A stretch of DNA of 64,000 nt from an uncultured Chloroflexia bacterium. Lineage in GTDB: Bacteria; Chloroflexota; Limnocylindria; Limnocylindrales; CSP1-4. A program made the position numbers and the translations under genes. The notes under the pieces were generated by a model. It worked only from the letters and a program-made list of their open reading frames with translations, did not search any database and was not told where the DNA came from. Location: the NCBI GenBank assembly GCA_963766735.1, contig CAVYBU010000008.1, positions 32,001 to 96,000 of the forward strand, read 5' to 3'. Positions 59,476 to 64,000 of this stretch are shown here, piece by piece; positions within the stretch are counted from its first letter, which is position 1; every line of letters starts with the position of its first letter.

Positions 59476-60648
59476 ATGAAGCACTTGGGAAAGACCCGCG
59501 GCCTCGTCGCCCTGGCGGCGATCGCGGTCATTGCGGGGGCGTGCGGTAGCTCTGCTGCCACGACGGCCCCGGCGACGGCGGCCCCGGCCACCGCGGCTCC
59601 GGAGAGCATGGCTCCGGCCACCGAGGCCCCGTCGGCCGAGGCCATGACCTACAAGATCGGCTACTCGAACGGCGGCGGCGTCGGCAACGGCTTCCGCGAG
59701 GAGCAGGTCTGCACCGCCAAGGCGCAGGCGCTGGCCTCCGGCCAGGTCTCCGAGCTGATCACGATCCACCGCAACACGGACGCCGCCGGCCAGCTCCAGG
59801 ACATCCGCGACCTGATCGCAGCGGGCGTGGACGCGATCGTCTTCAACCCGAACGACCCCGACGCTCTCAACCCGGCGCTCGAGGAGGCCAAGGCGGCCGG
59901 CATCATCACCGTCGCGGTTGATGCCTATACCACCAACCCGGACACCTACAACCTCTACAACAACCAGATCGACTACGCCTACCTCGGCGCCAAGTGGCTG
60001 TTCGAGCAGATGGGCGGCAGCGGCAACGTCTACTACATGCGCGGCTTCGCCGGCCATCCCGCGGACAACGACCGCGACATCGGCTTCAAGAAGGCGCTCG
60101 CCGAGTACCCGGGCATCAAGATCCTCCCGAACGACGACGGCGTCCACACCGGCTGGGATCCGGCGACCACCACCCAGCTGATCAACGACTGGATCGCCAG
60201 CGGCTCCTACGACGACACCCAGGGCATCTGGACGTCGGGCATGGACTCGCAGGTCGTTGACGCCATCAAGGCCGCCAACAAGGACTTCGTGCCGATCGTC
60301 GGTGCCGACCTCGGCGCCTTCGTGGCCCAGCTCCTCAACCCCACCGACTACCCGAACCTCGAGGGCGTCGCCGTGACCAACACCGCCGCCGTCGGCGGCG
60401 CCGGCATCGGGCTCGCGCTCAAGCTCCTCAACAGCGAGTCGGTCACGACCGATTCGTCCGCCACCCAGCCGAACACCGTCCTCCTGACCCCCGTCGCGGC
60501 CGACAACGTGACCGACGCCGGCAAGGCGCTTCTCGCGTCCTGGCAGGTCGACGGCCTCGATCCCAACTGGCCGCTCGGCCTCCAGATCGAAGGTTTCACC
60601 ACGTACACCCCCGAGCAGGCCGTCGCCTGCAAGGGCCCGGGCGAGTAA
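59476..60648 (+). CDS. Sugar ABC transporter substrate-binding lipoprotein (RbsB-like)
   Basis: AGGAGG RBS, lipobox IAGAC, IGYSN, Q..DI.DLIA.GVDAIV, VAVD. Confidence 0.92.
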   Translation: MKHLGKTRGLVALAAIAVIAGACGSSAATTAPATAAPATAAPESMAPATEAPSAEAMTYKIGYSNGGGVGNGFREEQVCTAKAQALASGQVSELITIHRNTDAAGQLQDIRDLIAAGVDAIVFNPNDPDALNPALEEAKAAGIITVAVDAYTTNPDTYNLYNNQIDYAYLGAKWLFEQMGGSGNVYYMRGFAGHPADNDRDIGFKKALAEYPGIKILPNDDGVHTGWDPATTTQLINDWIASGSYDDTQGIWTSGMDSQVVDAIKAANKDFVPIVGADLGAFVAQLLNPTDYPNLEGVAVTNTAAVGGAGIGLALKLLNSESVTTDSSATQPNTVLLTPVAADNVTDAGKALLASWQVDGLDPNWPLGLQIEGFTTYTPEQAVACKGPGE

Positions 60649-60674
60649 CCTCCCCGAGTCATCTCGGAACACCT

Positions 60675-60703
60675 GGGAGATGCCGGCTCGTCCGGCATCT
60701 CCC
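60675..60703 (+). other. 12-bp stem-loop after the SBP gene (mRNA stabiliser/attenuator)
   Basis: gggagatgccgg-ctcgt-ccggcatctccc. Confidence 0.65.
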
Positions 60704-60720
60704 GTTTCTGCAGGGGACGC

Positions 60721-62277
60721 ATGACCCTCACTGCCACTGACCTGCTGCTCGAGGCCACGGGCATCTCCAAGACCTACGGCGCGGTCGTCGCGCTCAAGGC
60801 CGCGTCCCTTGCCGTCCGCCCGGGCGAGGTCCATGCGCTGATGGGCGCCAACGGCGCCGGCAAGAGCACCTTCGTCAAGATCCTGACGGGCGCCGTTCAT
60901 CCCGACAGCGGCCGGATCGTCGTGCGTGGCCGGCAGCGCGTCGTCCACTCACCGGGCGAGGCGCGCCGCGGCGGTCTCGTGCCCGTCTACCAGGAGCCGG
61001 CGCTGATCCCGGACCTGGACATCCGGGACAACCTCCGCCTCACCGATACGCCCCTGGAGCCATTCCTCTACTGGCTCGGCGAGCTGGGCCTGCAGGACCT
61101 CGATCTGTCGAGCATGGCGCGGCGTGTGCCGCTGGCCTCGCTCCGGATCATCGACCTCGCCCGTGCCCTCGCGATCGAGCCCGACGTGCTGATGCTCGAC
61201 GAGATGACCGCCGCGTTGCCGGCGAACCTCACGGAGCGGGTCCTCGAGGTGGTGGGTCGCCAGCGGGGCGGCGACCGGTGCGTGATCTTCATCTCCCACC
61301 GCATGATCGAGATCGCTGCCGTCTGCGACCGGGCAACCGTGCTGCGCGAGGGCGAGACGGTTGGTGTCGTGGACCTGGCTGATGGCGCCGAGGACGAGAT
61401 CGTGGCGCTCATGCTGGGCGAGTCGTCCGACGATCTGCCCGGTGTTGCCCTGCGCACGGCCGCGGCCACCCGGTCACCCGGCGCCAGGCCGCGCATCGCG
61501 GCCCGCGACCTCAGTGCACGCAAGAAGCTTCACGACGTCTCGTTCGATCTCTACCCGGGCGAGGTGCTGGGCGTCGTCGCCCTCGAGGGCCAGGGCCAGG
61601 ACGAGCTGTTCGAGATCCTGTCGGGCTCGGAGCGTCCCCGCAGTGGTCGCCTGCTCGTCGACGACGCGCCGGTGTCGTTCCGCCACCCGGCCGACGCCAT
61701 CCGGGCCGGTCTCGTCTACGTGCCGGCAGACCGGGCCGAGGCCCTGCTGATGCAGCGGTCGGTCCGCGAGAACATCGCGCTCCCGTTCACCACGGCCATG
61801 CGTCGCTGGGGCCTGATCGGGACCACGGAGGAGAAGAGGAAGGTGGAGGGCGGCATCGAGACCCTCCAGATCGACACGCGAGCCCAGGGCGAGGTCCGGC
61901 GCCTCTCCGGAGGCAACCAGCAGAAGGTCACGATCGCCCGGTGGGTCGCGGGTGGCGTGCGGACGCTGCTGTGCTTCGATCCCACCCGCGGAATCGACAT
62001 CCGGACCAAGAACCAGATCTACCGGCTGCTGCGCGATCTCGCGGACGCCGGGGCGGCAGTGCTGTTCTACACGTCCGAGCTCAAGGAGGTCCAGCTGGTC
62101 TGCGACCGCGCGATCGTGATCTTCGGTGGCCAGGTGGTCGCGGAGATCCCCGTCGCCGATGCTGACGAGCCGGCGTTGCTGCGGGCCGCCTACAACCTTG
62201 CGGCCGATTCGGTGATCCCGCAACTGGCCCGGCTCGCGCCGGCCGGGAGCCACGGCGACCCGGAGGACGTGCGATGA
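60721..62277 (+). CDS. Sugar ABC transporter ATP-binding protein (RbsA-like, two NBDs)
   Basis: GANGAGKST, LDE.T, ISHR, LSGGNQQKV, DPTRGID. Confidence 0.95.
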   Translation: MTLTATDLLLEATGISKTYGAVVALKAASLAVRPGEVHALMGANGAGKSTFVKILTGAVHPDSGRIVVRGRQRVVHSPGEARRGGLVPVYQEPALIPDLDIRDNLRLTDTPLEPFLYWLGELGLQDLDLSSMARRVPLASLRIIDLARALAIEPDVLMLDEMTAALPANLTERVLEVVGRQRGGDRCVIFISHRMIEIAAVCDRATVLREGETVGVVDLADGAEDEIVALMLGESSDDLPGVALRTAAATRSPGARPRIAARDLSARKKLHDVSFDLYPGEVLGVVALEGQGQDELFEILSGSERPRSGRLLVDDAPVSFRHPADAIRAGLVYVPADRAEALLMQRSVRENIALPFTTAMRRWGLIGTTEEKRKVEGGIETLQIDTRAQGEVRRLSGGNQQKVTIARWVAGGVRTLLCFDPTRGIDIRTKNQIYRLLRDLADAGAAVLFYTSELKEVQLVCDRAIVIFGGQVVAEIPVADADEPALLRAAYNLAADSVIPQLARLAPAGSHGDPEDVR

Positions 62278-63263
62278 CAGCGACGATCGCCCCCGTCCCC
62301 CGCACCGTCCCGATCGTGTCGGCCCTGCAGCGCAACGCCTGGACCATTGGTCTGATCGCGTTCCTGGGGCTGCTCCTGGTCTTCACCAAGTTCATCCAGC
62401 CGAGCTACGGGGTCACGGGGGTCCAGGGGCTCGCGATCTCGGTCCTGCCACTGGCGCTGGCGGCCGTGGCGCAGGCCATCGTCGTCATCTCGGGCGGGAT
62501 CGACCTCTCGGTCGGGGCGATGATGGCGCTGACGAGCGTCGTCTCGGCCTCCCAGATGAAGGGCCAGCCCGAGGAGTTCGGCGTCGTCGTCGTGATCGGC
62601 GTCCTCCTCCTGGGTCTGGCGCTGGGCGCCATCAACGGTGGTGTCGTCGTTGTGACCCGGGTGCCGGACATCGTGGTCACCCTGGCGATGTCCTTCGTCT
62701 GGGCCGGCTTCGCCCTGCTGGTGCTCAAGACGCCGGGCGGCGGCTCCGTCGCCTGGCTCAAGGATCTCGTCCTGGGCTCGCTCGGCAACGAGTGGATCCC
62801 CAAGGCCGCCGTCGTCCTCATCCTGGTTGTCGCCGTGGTCTGGATCCCCTTGCGGCGTTCGCGTCTCGGTCTCTCGATCTACGCCATCGGCAGCAACCGC
62901 CTCGCAGCCTTCCGCAGTGGCGTGGCCGTCGGCCGGACGAAGATCATGGCCTATGCCTTCACGGGCCTGTTCGCGGCGCTGGGTGGCCTGTCGCTCACCG
63001 CCAGCACCGGGATCGGGACGCCCGTGCCGGGGCCCTACACGCTCATGAGCGTGGCGGCCGTGGTGCTCGGTGGTGTCAGCCTCGCCGGTGGCCGGGGAGG
63101 CGTGTTCGGACCGATCGTGGCGGTCATGATCCTCCAGCTCATCCGGACCGACATCACGTTCCTCAGGATCAACCCGAACCTTGCAGTCGTGGTCCAGGGG
63201 GTCATCCTCATCGGAGTGGTCATGATCGGCAGCCTGGTCCAGATCCGGCGGGCACGCGCATGA
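62274..63263 (+). CDS. Sugar ABC transporter permease
   Basis: GGIDLSVG, VTLAM, YAIGSN..AA..SGV, AAVVLGGVSL.GGRG. Confidence 0.93.
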   Translation: MTATIAPVPRTVPIVSALQRNAWTIGLIAFLGLLLVFTKFIQPSYGVTGVQGLAISVLPLALAAVAQAIVVISGGIDLSVGAMMALTSVVSASQMKGQPEEFGVVVVIGVLLLGLALGAINGGVVVVTRVPDIVVTLAMSFVWAGFALLVLKTPGGGSVAWLKDLVLGSLGNEWIPKAAVVLILVVAVVWIPLRRSRLGLSIYAIGSNRLAAFRSGVAVGRTKIMAYAFTGLFAALGGLSLTASTGIGTPVPGPYTLMSVAAVVLGGVSLAGGRGGVFGPIVAVMILQLIRTDITFLRINPNLAVVVQGVILIGVVMIGSLVQIRRARA

Positions 63264-64000
63264 GCGGCGTTGCCAGCGCCCCCGACACCCGCAGTCCCTG
63301 GCTCACGGCCACCGCGTGGCAGGGCCTGTTCCGGGACCGTCCACTCATCCCGCTGCTCGTCCTGCTCGCGCTGCTCGTCGCCGTCCTGGGGCTGGTCAAG
63401 CCGGACATCATCCAGCCCGGCTGGGTGGGTGTGACGCTGCGAGCCGCCATCCCGCTCGCGATCCTCGGTGCATGCCAGACCCTCACCTTCCTCACCGGTG
63501 GCATCGACCTCTCCGTCGGAGCCGTCGCCTCCATGTCCGGGTTCGTGGTCGCGACGCTCGCCGGCGACCAGGGGCTGGGCGTGGCTCTCATCGTCGCGCT
63601 CGCGATCGCAGCCTTCGTCGGCTTCCTGACGGGTATCGGCGTGGGAGTGTTCAGGGTCCACCCGCTGATCATGACCCTGGGCATGGGCCTGGTCGTCCTC
63701 GGCCTGGCGAACGTCTGGCAGCTGATCATGGTCAAGACCGGCTCGGGTGTGCCCGACGTCGAGCGGTGGCTGGGGTCGGGCCTGACCTTCGACATGCTGC
63801 CCAACAGCCTGTTCGTCTTCGTGCCGCTGGCAGCCCTGATCCTGCTCCTGCTGCGGCGCACCGGCTACGGCCGGCTGCTGTACGCGGTCGGCGACAACCC
63901 CGTCGCCTCACGCCTGTCCGGCGCCCGTTCCTGGCAGGTCCTGATCGTGCTGTACATGCTCTCGGCCGCCATCGCGGCCGTCGCCGGCTTCCTCATCTCC
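63260..64000 (+). CDS. Second sugar ABC permease (3' truncated by the window)
   Basis: ATG overlapping the upstream stop; MSGVASAP..., TGGIDLSVG, IMTLG, LYAVGDN..ASRLSG read manually. Confidence 0.9.
   Translation, partial: MSGVASAPDTRSPWLTATAWQGLFRDRPLIPLLVLLALLVAVLGLVKPDIIQPGWVGVTLRAAIPLAILGACQTLTFLTGGIDLSVGAVASMSGFVVATLAGDQGLGVALIVALAIAAFVGFLTGIGVGVFRVHPLIMTLGMGLVVLGLANVWQLIMVKTGSGVPDVERWLGSGLTFDMLPNSLFVFVPLAALILLLLRRTGYGRLLYAVGDNPVASRLSGARSWQVLIVLYMLSAAIAAVAGFLIS

Noticed and set aside
96-63861. Hundreds of long overlapping antisense and alternate-frame ORFs (e.g. 8721..11249, 18784..20619, 59005..60948)
   Set aside because: Arg/Pro/Gly-rich shadow frames expected in very GC-rich DNA; they overlap genes with clear family motifs

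Overview
Very GC-rich bacterial chromosomal segment. Gene style and low-complexity lipoprotein N-termini suggest an Actinomycetota-like or Chloroflexota (e.g. Limnocylindria-like) organism; this is inference only. I found no tRNA, rRNA, CRISPR array, integrase or transposase. Main content: (1) an ADP-forming acyl-CoA ligase - kal-like ammonia-lyase - TfoX operon; (2) a four-gene USP-USP-Ca/cation antiporter-P2A ATPase operon preceded by a yybP-ykoY (Mn2+-sensing) riboswitch that the ORF track does not show; (3) a tungsten island with two AOR-family oxidoreductases, tupABC, moaD and moeA; (4) a PecS/TamR-like MarR with four operators facing an orphan 74-aa gene; (5) several GNATs, an M6 protease and a lipid kinase/CX5R phosphatase pair; (6) MacAB-type efflux, HtrA, SPFH and MoxR-DUF58-vWA loci, three of which share an OmpR-type direct-repeat motif; (7) clpS-DUF2017; (8) a large ROK-associated sugar/amino-sugar catabolic cluster (three Gfo/Idh/MocA, TIM-barrel isomerase, DeoC, NagB, SIS proteins, sugar ABC transporter) containing an internally deleted SIS gene. 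Several genes carry clustered indels that are probably long-read consensus errors. Many genes appear to be leaderless.
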